From: Chrysomallon squamiferum
Lineage: Eukaryota; Animalia; Mollusca
Direction: 5' to 3'
NCBI GenBank assembly: GCA_012295275.1
Contig: CM022677.1
Span: 372,001-436,000 of the forward strand
Length of the DNA stretch: 64,000 nt
Within the stretch, counting starts at the first letter, position 1, and each line of letters begins with the position of its first letter. Shown here one piece after another: positions 1-17,020 of the stretch. The notes beneath the pieces were generated by a model, which saw only the letters and a list, made by a program, of their open reading frames with translations, did not search any database and was not told where the DNA came from. Made by a program: the position numbers and the translations under genes.

Positions 1-1101
1 TGTCAAAGAGTGTATACAAACCAGTGAATTGTGTCTAGTATGTTTGAGGCAGTGGTATGTACTATCCTGTCAAAGAGTCTGTACAAGCCAGTGAATTGTG
101 TCTAGTATGTTAGAGGCTGTGGTATGTACTATCCTGTCAAAGAGTGTGTACAAGCCAGTAAATTGTGTTAGAGGCAGTGGTATGTACTATCCTGTCAAAT
201 AGTGTGTACAAGCCAGTGAATTGTTTCTAGTATGTTATAGGCAGTGGTATGTACCATCCTGTCAAAGAGTCTGACTGTACAAGCCAGTGAATTGAGTCTA
301 GTATGTTATAGGCTGTGGTATGTACCATCCTGTCAAAGAGTCTGACTATACAAGCCAGTGAATTGTGTCTAGTATGTTATAGGCAGTGGTATGTACTATC
401 CTGTCAAAGAATCTGACTGTACAAGCCAGTGAATTGTGTCTAGTATGTTATAGGCAGTGGTATGTACCATCCTGTCAAAGAATCTGACTGTACAAGCCAG
501 TGAATTGTGTCTAGTATGTTATAGGCTGTGGTATGTACTATCCTGTCAAAGAGTGTGTACAAGCCAGTGAATTGAGTCTAGTATGTTATAGGCTGTGGTA
601 TGTACTATCCTGTCAAAGAGTCTGACTATACAAGCCAGTGAATTGTGTCTAGTATGTTATAGGCTGTGGTATGTACTATCCTGTCAAATAGTCTGACTGT
701 GCAAGCCAGTGAATTGAGTCTAGTATGTTATAGGCTGTGGTATGTACCATCCTGTCAAAGAGTCTGACTGTACAAGCCAGTGAATTGTGTCTAGTATGTT
801 AGAGGCTGTGGTATGTACTATCCTGTCAAAGAGTGTGTACAACCCAGTGAATTGTGTCTAGTATGTTAGAAACTGTGGTATGTACTATCCTGTCAAAGAG
901 TGTGACTGTACAAGCCAGTGAATTGAGTCTAGTATGTTATAGGCTGTGGTATGTACTATCCTGTCAAAGAGTCTGATTGTACAAGCCAGTGAATTGAGTC
1001 TAGTATGTTATAGGCTGTGGTATGTACCATCCTGTCAAAGAGTCTGACTGTACAAGCCAGTGAATTGAGTCTAGTATGTTATAGGCTGTGGTATGTACTA
1101 T
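1..1101. repeat. Tandem minisatellite, 67-71 bp unit, about 15-16 copies, running off the window start
   Basis: Unit GTGGTATGTACTATCCTGTCAAAGAGTCT(GACT)GTACAAGCCAGTGAATTGTGTCTAGTATGTTATAGGCT repeats head-to-tail with no unique spacers. Confidence 0.95.
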
Positions 1102-2470
1102 CGTGTCTATGTATCTATCTGTCTATCTATATATTTGTTTTATTTTATCATCAAGTTCTCTGGCTATTTGTCTATCTGTCTATTTATTGGTCAACCTGTG
1201 GTGTAGGTTAAACTTGCACCTGCTCACCTCTTTCTAACATAGAAACAGACTTTAATGAAGAAATCAGATGAATGTTTTACTCATATACATGTGCCCATTA
1301 CCTACCTACTCATTTATTCATCACTATTCTTTTTCTGTCTGTCTGTTTCTATCTATATTTACTTATATAATTATGTCTCATTCTCTAAAAAACATGGCAT
1401 ACTTCTGTGTTTCATAGTGAGGTCAATACCTGTTCTCTCTCTATAACACACAAACACATATAATCATATCTACATGTCAGTCTCGCTCAGTCTAGCTATC
1501 TAACTGCAATCTAACACCCATATAAACATACTCTTATTCATACATTCAGTTATATACCAATCCTCTAACATAAATGCAATACTCATGATTATGAACCTAT
1601 GTATCTATGTATCGATTTATGTTGTTTGCATATATAAATTATGTGTTTGTGTATGTGTTTGTGTGTTTTTGTGTCCATCCATTCATCTATATCTACCCTC
1701 TCTAACACACGTATATATACACATAAATCTATTCGCTCATGTATTTATTCATGTATCTATCAATCATCTGACTCTCTCAAAAATCCACAAAAAGCACACT
1801 ATCTTTGACACACATTTATATACCCATTCTCTCTATTTATCAGTTTAACTATGTTAGCTGTATATATCTATCTATATAATGTACCTAATTATTGTCTACC
1901 TAACATATCAATCTATCTCTGAAGCGATGTCTAACTATCTCTATATCAATCTATCTCACCTTCTGAGTTATACACAGCCACAGTCTATCTTGCACTCACA
2001 CAAACACACACGCACACACACACACACGTACGTATACACCCTCTCTATTTACATCCTTTTTAAGTATTTAGAAACACTCTTTCTATCTAGTTATCTGTCT
2101 ATAAATATATTTATTTATCTATCTATTTGTGCCATATACATAAGCAACACAGTCAGTCGTTCTTACAGATGTACAGATATACTCATGCCTCTTCATCTAT
2201 CTCTCTTTCTAGTAATCTATCTACCTTTCTTCTGTATATCAATTTACCTGTCTGTTATCATCTACCATCTATCCACTCTTTTTCACATCCACACACAGTC
2301 ACAGACACACACACACACACAGTCACACACACACATACACACACACCTGTAGTTACTTATCCTTTTATATACATATACATACTAATTATCTTCTAACTAT
2401 ACAAATACATTATTATTCCTATACACGTGTGTGTGTATGTATATATATATGTATGTATGTGTGTATTTCT
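1102..2470. repeat. Degenerate simple-repeat region, (TCTA)n / (CA)n / (TA)n
   Basis: Dense TATCTATC and CACACA tracts. The ORFs listed here are low-complexity artefacts. Confidence 0.75.
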
Positions 2471-3499
2471 ATATGGAGAGACCCATCCCTCCAACCAGCG
2501 TCAGTGAAAATTATTTATTTCACTTTAATTTATTTTATTTCAATTATTTTATTTTATTTTTATTTAGTTACTTATATTTTTATTATTTTTATTTTCTTGG
2601 CTGACGATGTCGTAATAAAAAGATAAAAAAAAATAAAAATAGTACGAAATGGGTACGAGATGATATATGACATCAACGTCAGAAACAAAGAAGAAGAATA
2701 AACAAACAAATGTTACCACGTTTTCAGCAATTACTACAAAGTATTAGCCATCTATGTATAAGAGGCATTGATTATATGACATACTTCTCCAACTTACTTT
2801 TAATGATCTATGTAGAATTATTGCATTATAAAGGTCTACATGTTTAAAAGTGTGTAAATATTGATCGGCGTTCGATGCTGCCATCTTGGATTTCGATCGG
2901 AAGTTTCCGTGAGGTCACGGAAGTTTTTAAACTTCCAAATACAATTATTTTACGTCTACTTTCTGAACTTTTTATGATTTACGCTGATAAAGATGGTTGT
3001 TCATATTACAAAACCGTGATCACAGGCGCCTTTCCTAACTACTTTTTCAACTAAAATAAATGAAATTTATAAATTAAATAAATAAATAAAATTAAACGAA
3101 AAACATTAAATGAAAAAGCAATTTTACAATAATTCTACAAATAATAATATCACGTTAATTAAACCAAAAATACAGGAAAATGGTTATTTAAAAGAAAAAG
3201 AAAATGAAGGGAATGTTAATAAGCTGGTTCTGTCTGCTACAAAACATTATACAGAATTGTTTATTTTCATCTGAAAGCAGCAAATTAATTTAACGCATAT
3301 GCGAGGAGTAATCTATTTCAGAAGTTCGTGGTCTAAGAGAAACAACTCTATTTAACACGCACGTTGGTAAAAATACAAAAAAGACTGAGTGTAGAGTAAA
3401 AGTTACAAATAATAATAATAATAATAATTCAAATCGCCTGAATATAGATCATTCACTGAATTTACTAAATTCACTAAAATTATTTTATTTAAAACTAGT

Positions 3500-4080
3500 A
3501 GTAAGTTGCGGTAATTCTGGTTTCAGGGCAATTCTGGCCTCCGAGGTGTATTATGACTTGCATCCACTATACTGCATTTTGAGGTTTCAAAATTGAGTGT
3601 TATTTTTTAGACATAAGGTTAGTGATAAATTATAACAGGTGAACATATAATCGGTTTTTAGTAAAATCCAAAAGGATGAGGTATGCCGAGGCATTGACAG
3701 AAGAAGAACGTGTCAAGAGGAATGAAGAAGAGTTGACAGAGAAGAAGAAGAAGGAGGAAGAAAAGGCAAAGAAAGCAAATGTTTTAGAGGCAAAATTACA
3801 TCAAAAACAAATAGAAGATATCAAAGTCAAAACGGCAGTTTAATTTGAATGCTACAGCAGAACCGGTGGATGCAGTCAAAGAAAACGTTGATGATGAGCC
3901 TGAACTAGAAGACAGAGATGTAGTAGATACACAACAAAAATGTGAACTCTGTGGCAGAGTTGATTGTGGAATGAATTCTGACGAATTTGTATTGGTATTG
4001 TCTTGATTCTTGCGCAAATCTCGAAATCCCAGCTGATGCAGACTTTAAAGATATTCTTTTTATTTTAAAGATATATTGTC
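3500..4080 (+). mobile_element. Possible degenerate pogo/DDE_1-like DNA transposon remnant (C-terminal K/E-rich segment and broken Cys motif)
   Basis: From 3661 it reads VKSKRMRYAEALTEEERVKRNEEELTEKKKKEEEKAKK. After a frameshift it reads DTQQKCELCGRVDCG. This resembles the ARxLT-EE / coiled-coil / PHD tail of pogo-like transposases. A repeated AATTCTGG motif lies at 3513-3538. Confidence 0.4.
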
Positions 4081-4786
4081 AAGGAGTTTAGTTAAAATAC
4101 TTCCTAAAATACTGAAGGATCTTAGATATTAATATTAATATTAATAAATGTATTTATTTATTTATTTGTCCCTGTAAACTGCAACTGAAATGTCGTTTGT
4201 ATTGCAGTAATGAACAAAAAAATGTTTCTGTTATTATGAAAAACGCTGTTTACCACATATAATGGAAATGAACGAAAACATTTACCGATTATTTGCTTCA
4301 ACCACAACTGTTTATACATTTAAATTCAGCGAAAGAACCGTAATATTTTACATTTATATATAGCTCTCTAGATTATATCTAGTTGAATATTAATAATCAA
4401 TTAATTTTTAGGGGAGATAATAGAATATCACTTTCTACAGTTAATTAAGAATGAGTCTGTAACAGCGCAGTATATTTACAGAACTTGTGTTATAATAAAC
4501 AAGATTCATCTCGCGCATCCTCGCCTTTTCACTCTACTTTTAATAATAAAAACGTCTATTAATGTTTCTCTATCTTCTAGACTTTTCTAGTATTCAAGAA
4601 AGATGCACTTGTAAATATCAATAACATGGTGAAGTTAATTCATCTTAATCTAGCCTCTCACCTCTCAACTGCAATTCTACTATCTTAATAAAAAAATAAA
4701 AAAAGACAGAATAATACGCATTATTAAACGTTGATTCTTTATTCAGTTGTTAGATATGTTATACCTGTTAATGAAAAATTAAGCTT

Positions 4787-4818
<32 letters not shown>

Positions 4819-7800
4819 TTATGCAAAATAAAATTATCTAATATTGTTAATTAAAAACAATACCTCTATTTTTCAATACACTGTGTTTTCAATACATAAT
4901 ATTACCGCTACGCCTCTGTTTACAACATAAAACATGTAACATAAATAGTGATGGCGGTTCTGAAGTTGCGACTTATTTTCATAACGCCGTGTAAAATTAC
5001 TCCTACTTAGCTGTTCTGTGAAACAAGTTCTGTTAATAAAATATCACATAAGTATGGAAGCGTTCTCGATATTCACATATAATTCTACTGTTGTTTACAA
5101 AAACACGCTAACCTGGAAGCCAAATCTACATTTCTGAATGTACACAGAGTTTTCGCAATAAAATCACACCTGTAATGTTTACTTTTTCCCTTATTTCAGT
5201 AGTTTTTCTTACTTATTATTTTATTTATCATTTTAATTAATATTATTGTAGTTATTGTTGTTTTTACAAAAATAAAGAAATAAATATAATTTTAATTTTA
5301 ATACCGATAGTGCTGCACAATTTAAATAGTTGATACTGGATATTTAGACATAATATGTAGACGAGAATAGCCAGTTTAATCTGCTTTTTAAAAGCTTCAG
5401 GTGAGGTTTTATTAATAACTGGAGAAGAAACATTAAGATTCACTTGACAATAAAGACAATATTGTTATGTTTTAATAGGATGAATAAATTTCGTCTAGCT
5501 TTCTAAAAAATCCTCGTATCTCATAAAACACTAGTTCAGGAGGACAGGCATGTTTTCTATGATGTAACTTTAGAATTTTCAATATAAGATTTCTCCTAGA
5601 TAATGTACGTGAAATTATCAGTATTTTGTATGATGCAAACAGAGGAAAACAATAAAACATCACGTTATTTTCACTCAGTATCACATTTTTTATGGTAAAA
5701 AAATAAATGGCGCTGGTTTTTGTATTAATGTGAATTACGTGACCTTTTATTCAAATAGAAAACGCCGCTCATCCCTGTGAATTTTAATTTTAATATCGTT
5801 TCCTACGCAAAATCAAATTTTGTGATTCAAGTAAAGTGTAACTTCTCACGTGTTCAGTATTAACAGTTATTTGTTTCTGAATTTACAAGTCGAGCGCTGT
5901 AAAATGCCACAATAAAATAAAAGCTCAGATCCAGATTAATGTGATATTTTGTTAACAACAGAACAGATTACACTAAAAAGCTCTGCATCACTCTGAAAAC
6001 TGAGCTTTTAGTTTATAAGAATCCATAAATTTTTGTTGATAAGTTGATAATAAATGATGTTAAGGTACAATGTTTATGTTGTCAACATGAGCGCAGTTTT
6101 CACATGTAATTTGAAATTGAACATTTACTTTATTAATATCATGAAGATTATTCTTGAAAAGCCGATAAAATTCCTTTAGCTGTATCCAAGATTATACTGA
6201 CAGTTATATATATTATCAACATTTGTTACGATGCAAAACAGAGGTAAACTTAATAAAATATCAATGTAAACGGTGGTACATTTACTAAGATAAAATTTGT
6301 TTTTATAGAGACAGAAAAAGATATGATCAGTGTGATTTTCTGTTATTTATTACTGTGATATGTAGAACGTAATGTGTAGAACTACAGAGATGCTGTGAGA
6401 GTAATATTCTACATCTTAAAAAAAAGGTGACATTGCAGGAAACTGTTAGATTAATGTTATTATACTGGTAATTAATCCTCTAATTACTAATGTATTCTGA
6501 AGTAAAGTTAATAATAAATATATATCACTATCTCACTGATTAACATTGCATAACGCACTACAAATAAAGAAAATAACACGTTATTTTTTAATCAGTCTCA
6601 ATTCTATTCGTAGGATTAAGAAAAGAAAATATATATTTATATAAAAAATAAACAATAAAAGAAACGAAAGAAAAAGAAGTAATATAAAAAAGAAAGATTA
6701 AGCTTGTCGAGGAGCGCAGTTTATAAGGGAAAAATGTAGAATCAAAAAAAGTAATATGAGATTTTATATTCATGTCAAAATCTTCACCTTTTCCTGTGTT
6801 TTTAATTTAAAAAAGAAAAAAAAAAAAATTCCACTCAACATTGTCTTCGCTTCAGAAACTTGTTTTACATGGTAGACTGTAAAACTAATGACGTAATGGA
6901 GACCTCGCGTGACACTTTTCAAATACGTTTTACTCCATTTTTATTATTGAATGATAAATGAAGATTTTAAATAAGAAATATTCAACTTGTTGAGAATATT
7001 ATATAAAACCAAAGCAGATATCATAAAAAGAAACGGAAACACAATAATACAATCAACATTGCAAAAGTAATTAAAATGATTAATTTTAAAACGAATACAC
7101 AACACTGAAACAGTAAGTTAGATAGGAGATACACTGAAAGCATATAAACACAAAGATAAAGATAGCACAATAATAATAATAACTAGTTTGGACTGTTCAT
7201 AGAGAGAAGCAAGCGGCGACAGAAAAAATGTTAAAACTGTAGAATTCATGGATTGATAGAGAAACACATGGACAGATGTGGGTATATATATTTGGCTGTA
7301 AGAAAAAGAAAATTGGTATATATATATACACAAACTCACAAGTTCTGTATATGTGTGTGTGTGTACTGAAGGAAATTAGAATGTTTGTATGCGTTATGTG
7401 AGGCATGGGTATGTAGGAGAAATAGATGCAGACACAGATACAGAAAGACAGACAGATGTGAAAGTGAAAGGATGAGTTGGTACATACAGGTTATCTGTGA
7501 GAAAGAGTTAATGTGTTTGTTGTCAAATAACTGCTGCATGTGAAAGACAATGTCCTTGTTTATGAATAAATAAATACAAGTTCTAAGTGTTTTGATTGTT
7601 GTTTGGTTTAAACAAATATTGTTTTTGAATTGTTGAAAATTAGTTAAAAGATATTAGAAAAAAGCTGAAATGAATCAGGCTAAAAAATTATTTGAGCTCT
7701 ATTAAAACCAATATTTAAAAAAAAGAAAAAGATTTGCATCAATTTTTATTTTAAAGAAATTTAAATTAAAAAGTGTATGTATATAATAATAATAATACCA

Positions 7801-8422
7801 ATAAATTTAAAATGTTTAAAATTAATTTGCTTCATTATGGCTTCATTATGACAGTCTCTGACATCAAATAAAAGTGAAATGGGTTCATCATACAAAATCT
7901 TAAATGCATACGTCACTAGAATTCATTACTGGAATGCATTCTTACAAAAAGTTGAGTTTAGTTTTGTCTTAAAATGCCATTGTAATTATGCTTCCTATTT
8001 AATAAACTTCAGTTTGATTAGTAACATTATGCACAGTGATCTTGACTGATTAAGATTTATAGTGTATGTTGTATGAGAATTCACTGATGTTATTCAAGGG
8101 AAAATTGGAAAAGAAAGGTTTTAAGCGAAATAGGAAATTTACAATAATTAAGTAATAATAATAAATAAAATCAAACAACAAATAATGGAAACTGGCTCTT
8201 TTGAAACTGCTGAATTTAATATTGGAATATTTTGCTCCCAATTTTTTTATATTTTTTTATATAGAATTAGCCAAATTCATCTAAAAGTAGTAAACCGAGT
8301 TTAGCTCAGTCTTTCTTGTATATTTATAAACACGTTAAACCATTAGACCATTAATGCATATGCAATGTCATATCTATTAATGGTCTAAGGGAAATAACTC
8401 TATTTAACGGGTTTGTAAATAT

Positions 8423-8460
<38 letters not shown>

Positions 8461-8942
8461 TAAAGAATGCCATTCAGCATCATTAGTGTTGATTCTAGTG
8501 CTTTGATTGTTTTCATAAAATCGACAAGATGTGTATATATATATAAATAAATAAAATAATGATTAAATCAGATTATCTTTTGCTGATTGACAAGAAATAC
8601 TGAAGAGATTGATCAATATATACATAATAAAAATAAAAACACACAGACTGTTCTTTATTTATTTTTATTTTTTTAAGAAACTGAAAAACATTTCAGCATG
8701 ATTTTCCATTTTGATTATTGTTTTTGATTATTGATTTAATTAACATTCGAAACATTAAATACTATTTTGTACTTATTATTATTTGAAGTAAATGTGTACA
8801 TTGGATGTTCTGATCACATTGACAATGCAGTCTCTTGGAGATCACTGAGTTTTCAAAATTATTTCCCTTCAGATTTCTCTTTTTTCCCATGATTTTCTCA
8901 ATGTATTTATAAATTCAAGTTAGATTGATTTTATTGTCTTAC

Positions 8943-12388
<3,446 letters not shown>

Positions 12389-12389
12389 G

Positions 12390-12802
12390 CATAAGTATGT
12401 ATGTATGTATGTATTGTATTGCATTGTTGTTGTGTGTGTATGTGTGTGTGTGTGCGCGCATGCGTGCGTGAGTAAGTATGTATGTATGTATGTGTGTATT
12501 GTATTGTATGTGTGTGTGTGTGTATGCGCGTGCGTGCGTGCGTCCGTCGGTTTGAAAAAGGTGTCTTCCAATGTGAAACTGAATTGGCACATCACGACGG
12601 CGCGATTATCAATGCATTTCAATTTCAATGTTTCCTTTTTATTTTTTTATTTTTTTATTTATTTATTTATTTTAGTATTTATTTATTTTTTAGTCATTTA
12701 GAAAATAAATAAGTAAATAAATAAATAAACAAACAAACAAACAAACAACAAACATACAAACAAACAAACAAACGAAAACTATTAATAATAATAATAGGAT
12801 GA

Positions 12803-12863
<61 letters not shown>

Positions 12864-12893
12864 AAAAACAACACCAACAGCAGCAGCAACAAT

Positions 12894-12977
<84 letters not shown>

Positions 12978-13089
12978 AATAATAACTGACAGTGGACTGA
13001 TGAAACCCGGCGGCTCTTTTCCTTTTCTCTCGTCATATTTTTATTTATTTATTTATTTTTTTCAAATTATTTTTTTCTTAATAATTATT

Positions 13090-13125
<36 letters not shown>

Positions 13126-13477
13126 TATTTATTTATTTATTTATTTATTTTTTATTTTTTTTTTCTGTAGTCTTTAACGTGATATTGACATCGGTAGTGA
13201 GTTCCGAGACCCACTATTGTTATACTTTATTACTAGGAAAGGCTGGTACCAGTAAACCTGGAATGTATAAATTACACTGGGTCCATTATAGAGCATCACC
13301 TATATTTTTATTAAGTTCAACTTTTATAAGTAAAAATCTTTTTCTTTGAGCTTAATTCTCACATTGCTTATTTACAGAATTTTCATCATTTATCCCAAAT
13401 AGTGACTAATGAACTTAGAATAATAATAATAATAATAATAATAATAAGAAGAAGAAGAAGAAGAAGAAGAAGAATTA

Positions 13478-13509
<32 letters not shown>

Positions 13510-13860
13510 GTAATAATAATAGGCAGTGGACGGATGAAGCCCGACGGCTTTTTTCTTTTTTTCTCTTCCGCCGAGTGGAGTGCAGTCGACCCGACCCGAC
13601 CTGACCCGACCCGACCCTACCCGAGTGAAGCCGAACGGAGCTGAGCTGAGATCGGTTCCCATGGCAACGGTGAGACGAAGGTTAGAAAACTGGGTCTCGG
13701 TACTCGCTACCGATGTCAATTTCGCCTTAAAGACTGCACAAAAATTAAGAATAAAAATAAAAATAAAAAAATAAAAAAATTATTGACAGTGACACAATTT
13801 ACAGTCCATCACCACGAAAGATGAAATGCTGTTCACAACAACAACAACAGCAGCAGCAGC

Positions 13861-13892
<32 letters not shown>

Positions 13893-13971
13893 CAGCAATA
13901 ATGCTAATTTCGTGCAAACTGACCCGTGAACACAGGAGAAGTACGAAACCTTTCTATTATTATCATTACCG

Positions 13972-14061
<90 letters not shown>

Positions 14062-14408
14062 GTTATTATAGTATAGTACAGTACCGTAGATGCACAGACA
14101 CACACACACACGCATGGCGCTTTCTTTCTTTCTTTGAGTAGAAGAAGAACAAGAAAATCGAATACTGCCAGCGCTTTATTTTTTTTTTTTTTTTCTTTTT
14201 TTTTTCTTTTCTTTTCTTTTATTATTTTTTTTTAATTCTTTTTCTTTCTTTTTCTTTTTTATTTTTTTTTCCTCATGTTTTTATCTTATTTTTTTATTTT
14301 TGTCATATTTTTATTTTAAGTTTTACATATTTTATTTTATTTATTATTTTTTTCATTTATTATTATTATTATTATCATCATCATTTTTATTATTATTATT
14401 ATTATTAT

Positions 14409-14446
<38 letters not shown>

Positions 14447-14979
14447 TTATTGCCATCGTCATCGTTATTTAGCGCACGCAATAAGAACAACAAAGATAAA
14501 TAGACCTCGGTTCGTTAAAGCGATCGTCTACGGCCACACCACGTTGAAAACACCGGTTCTCGTCCGATCACCGAAGTTAAGCAACGCAGGGCTCGGACAG
14601 TACTTGGATGGGTGACCGCCTGGGAACACCGAGTGCCGTAGACACGCCTCTTTCTTTTCTTTTCTTTTCTTTTCTTTCTTTCTTTCTTACTTTCTTTCTT
14701 ACTTTCTTTTTTATTTTAAGAGCAACAGCAAGAGCCAATTGACATCGGTAGCGAGTGTGTGCGTGGGCGCAGGTTTTGGAGTGACCGTGTTGTGTATGTG
14801 TGATTGTGTGTGTACGTATGTTTGTTATTTCAGAACGCGCCTGTGTGTGTGCGTCTGCGTGTGCGTGTGCGTGTGTGCGCGTGCCGGTTCGAAAACGGTA
14901 TCTTCCAACGTAAAATTGAATTGCGAGATCACGACGGCGAGATAATTAATGTATTTTCATTTCGATTTTATTATCATCA

Positions 14980-15041
<62 letters not shown>

Positions 15042-16142
15042 GTTATTATTGCCATCGTTATCGTTGTCGTTATTCAGCGCACGCAATAAGAAGAACGAAG
15101 ATAAATAGACGTCGGTTCGTCTTTGTTTTTTCTTGCTTTTTTTTCTTTCTTTTTCTTTCAAATTTTCAGGCACTGCCGGACAATTCGGCAGTTGCCTCAT
15201 CTATTGACGAATAACCTACCCATTTACAATTGACCAGGCTCTCTTCGAACATTAAATATGATTAAATTCTGTCGTAATTGAAAATAACGACGATTACGAT
15301 TTAATTTATAAAATGGTCAGACACGTTGTTGTTGTTGTTGCAGCAGTTAGTCCGAAAACATCTTTACGAATGGAAGATCGAGCCCACTCCACAGACGACA
15401 GTGTGCCTAGTGTGCGTCGGTGTCGTGGACTCAGTCTTGCATGCGTTTTTTTGATCACTGCTGCAAAACTAACTCATTTATTAAACGTATTGAACCCTGT
15501 TGAAAAAAAGCAAACAAACAAACAAAAAAGCACAACAATTTTTTGGCAGCACCAAGTTCAAACTAAATCCATATAGAATGATTTTTGGAATCAAACACAC
15601 AAACGTGGCGGCAACTTTGCATCGAATTTAGAGATTATTTTTCTCTGGTAATTTCGACGAGTACACGAAACGAGAATTATTAGAGGGAGATAAGCTGTGT
15701 AAGGAAATGAAGGCGGTGACAGTGGACGGATGAAACCCGATGTGTTTTTTCGTTTTCTCTCGTCATATTATATATATATATATTCTTTTTTTTTTTTTTT
15801 TTTTTTTAATATTTATTTCTTTATTTATTTTTATTTTATTTTTGTCTTTTTTTATTTTTTTATTTTTTTTTTTTTTTTTTTTGGAGTGGCCGTGTTGAGT
15901 ATGTCTGATTATGTGTGTACGTATGTTATTTCAGTTCGCGCCTGCGTGCGTGTGTGTCTGTGTGTATGTGTCTGTGTCGGTGTGTGTGTGTGCGTGCGTG
16001 CGTGCCTGTGAGCGTGCGTACGTGCGTGCGGTTTGATAAAGATAACTTCCAACGTAAAACTGAATTGCGAGATCACTACAGCGCGATGGTGAATGTATTT
16101 TCATTTCGACTTTGTTGTTGTTGTTGTTATTACCTTATTGTA
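12390..16142 (+). repeat. 5S-bearing modular cassette, copy 1 (conserved blocks separated by AAT/AAC/ACT/GT microsatellites)
   Basis: 13160-16142 is the reverse complement of ~53343-56490. The same blocks recur at 24190-27735 and 35101-39950. Confidence 0.9.
14526..14644 (+). rRNA. 5S_rRNA: 5S rRNA gene
   Basis: 119 nt, GTCTACGGCCACACCACGTTGAAAACACCGGTTCTCGTCCGATCACCGAAGTTAAGC...TGGATGGGTGACCGCCTGGGAACACCGAGTGCCGTAGACA. Helix I (GTCTACGGC/GCCGTAGAC) pairs perfectly, boxes A and C are present, TAAATA lies at about -29, and T-runs follow. Confidence 0.97.
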
Positions 16143-16963
16143 TCCGGATTGTATTGAGATCAGATCGCGGACTGTGCGAGAATATGACTGTGTGTTTATT
16201 GTTGCTGTGTTTTACCCACAGCATGGCTCTGATGATGGCTACCAATTCGGCCGTATACACCGAAAGGTGATTTCTGATACGGCCGAATTGTATGCATGTG
16301 GGTTTGTTTGTGTGATCTTGGGCTATGAAGGCGAATCCTACTCTCTGTTGGATGCTGTATTCCGACATGAGGCTGTCGGATGGTCTTGTGTTTGGCAGGT
16401 GGCCGATCATCCTGAGGGCACTTGATTGAATTGTGTCTAGTTTTTTTAAATAGAGTTTGGGAGCATTCGAGTAAGCCGTGGCTCCGTAGTCGAGCTTGGA
16501 GAGAATACACGCTTTGTGTATCAAAATCAGCGTTGACTCGTTTGCTCCCCAACTGGTTCCGGAAATTAACTTTAGAAGATTGATTGTTTTTTTGCAGGAT
16601 GCAATTATGTTGTGTATATGGCATCGGAAGTTGAGTTCACTGTCGAATTTTGAATGTCTTTGTTTGTGTTATGACGAGATAAAGATAAGATATATCGGTT
16701 ATTTAAGATATCGGAAAGTAAAAGACCAAAGACGAACAAACAGTAAAAAAAAAAAAAAAAAAAAAAGTAACAATAATAGAAAAGCCTACAAATAATATAA
16801 ATAAGAATTTAAGTCTAAATAAATAAAGAAAATGGTACAGTATCTTTTTCGTTTCTGAATTCCGCTCAGTAAGCACAATCCGTCCGTTAGTATTCTTCAC
16901 AGCTTCTCTTCCGGGCTTGCACCATGTCGACCATCACGGTGGAGAGTCTGTTGTGAGATATTC
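16143..16963 (-). mobile_element. LINE family A, internally deleted copy (5' UTR fused to post-RT and RNase H fragments)
   Basis: 16963-16676 matches the 5' UTR at 48179-48479. The rest matches 52443-52752 and 53141-53342 (LSKLDYGATAYSNA...; VYTAELVAI). Confidence 0.92.
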
Positions 16964-17020
16964 CATCTCGTTCAAAACGCGTGCCGCTACTTATACACCA
17001 ATAGCTACAGCTCTGCAGAT
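16964..17020 (-). promoter_or_regulatory. TATA-like promoter and LINE target site, copy 1
   Basis: Minus strand reads CTATTGGTGTATAAGTAGCGGCACGCGTTTTGAACGAGAT, followed directly by the LINE A 5' end. Promoter function is inferred from motifs only. Confidence 0.55.

Noticed and set aside
1-1101. CRISPR-like regular repeats (also the 33-mer at 21790-22122)
   Set aside because: Contiguous tandem units with no unique spacers, no cas genes, and a eukaryotic context.
12991-13035. Hammerhead ribozyme at CTGATGA (also 44335, and the CTGAGAG...GAAAC at 40692-40740)
   Set aside because: No stem II followed by GAAA with a paired NUH site. Paralogous copies read CGGATGA or CTGATCA, which breaks the core.
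14526-15250. SINE3 (5S-derived SINE)
   Set aside because: The 5S is full length with its upstream TAAATA region and downstream T-runs, and it has no LINE-like tail or TSD at the 5S 5' end.
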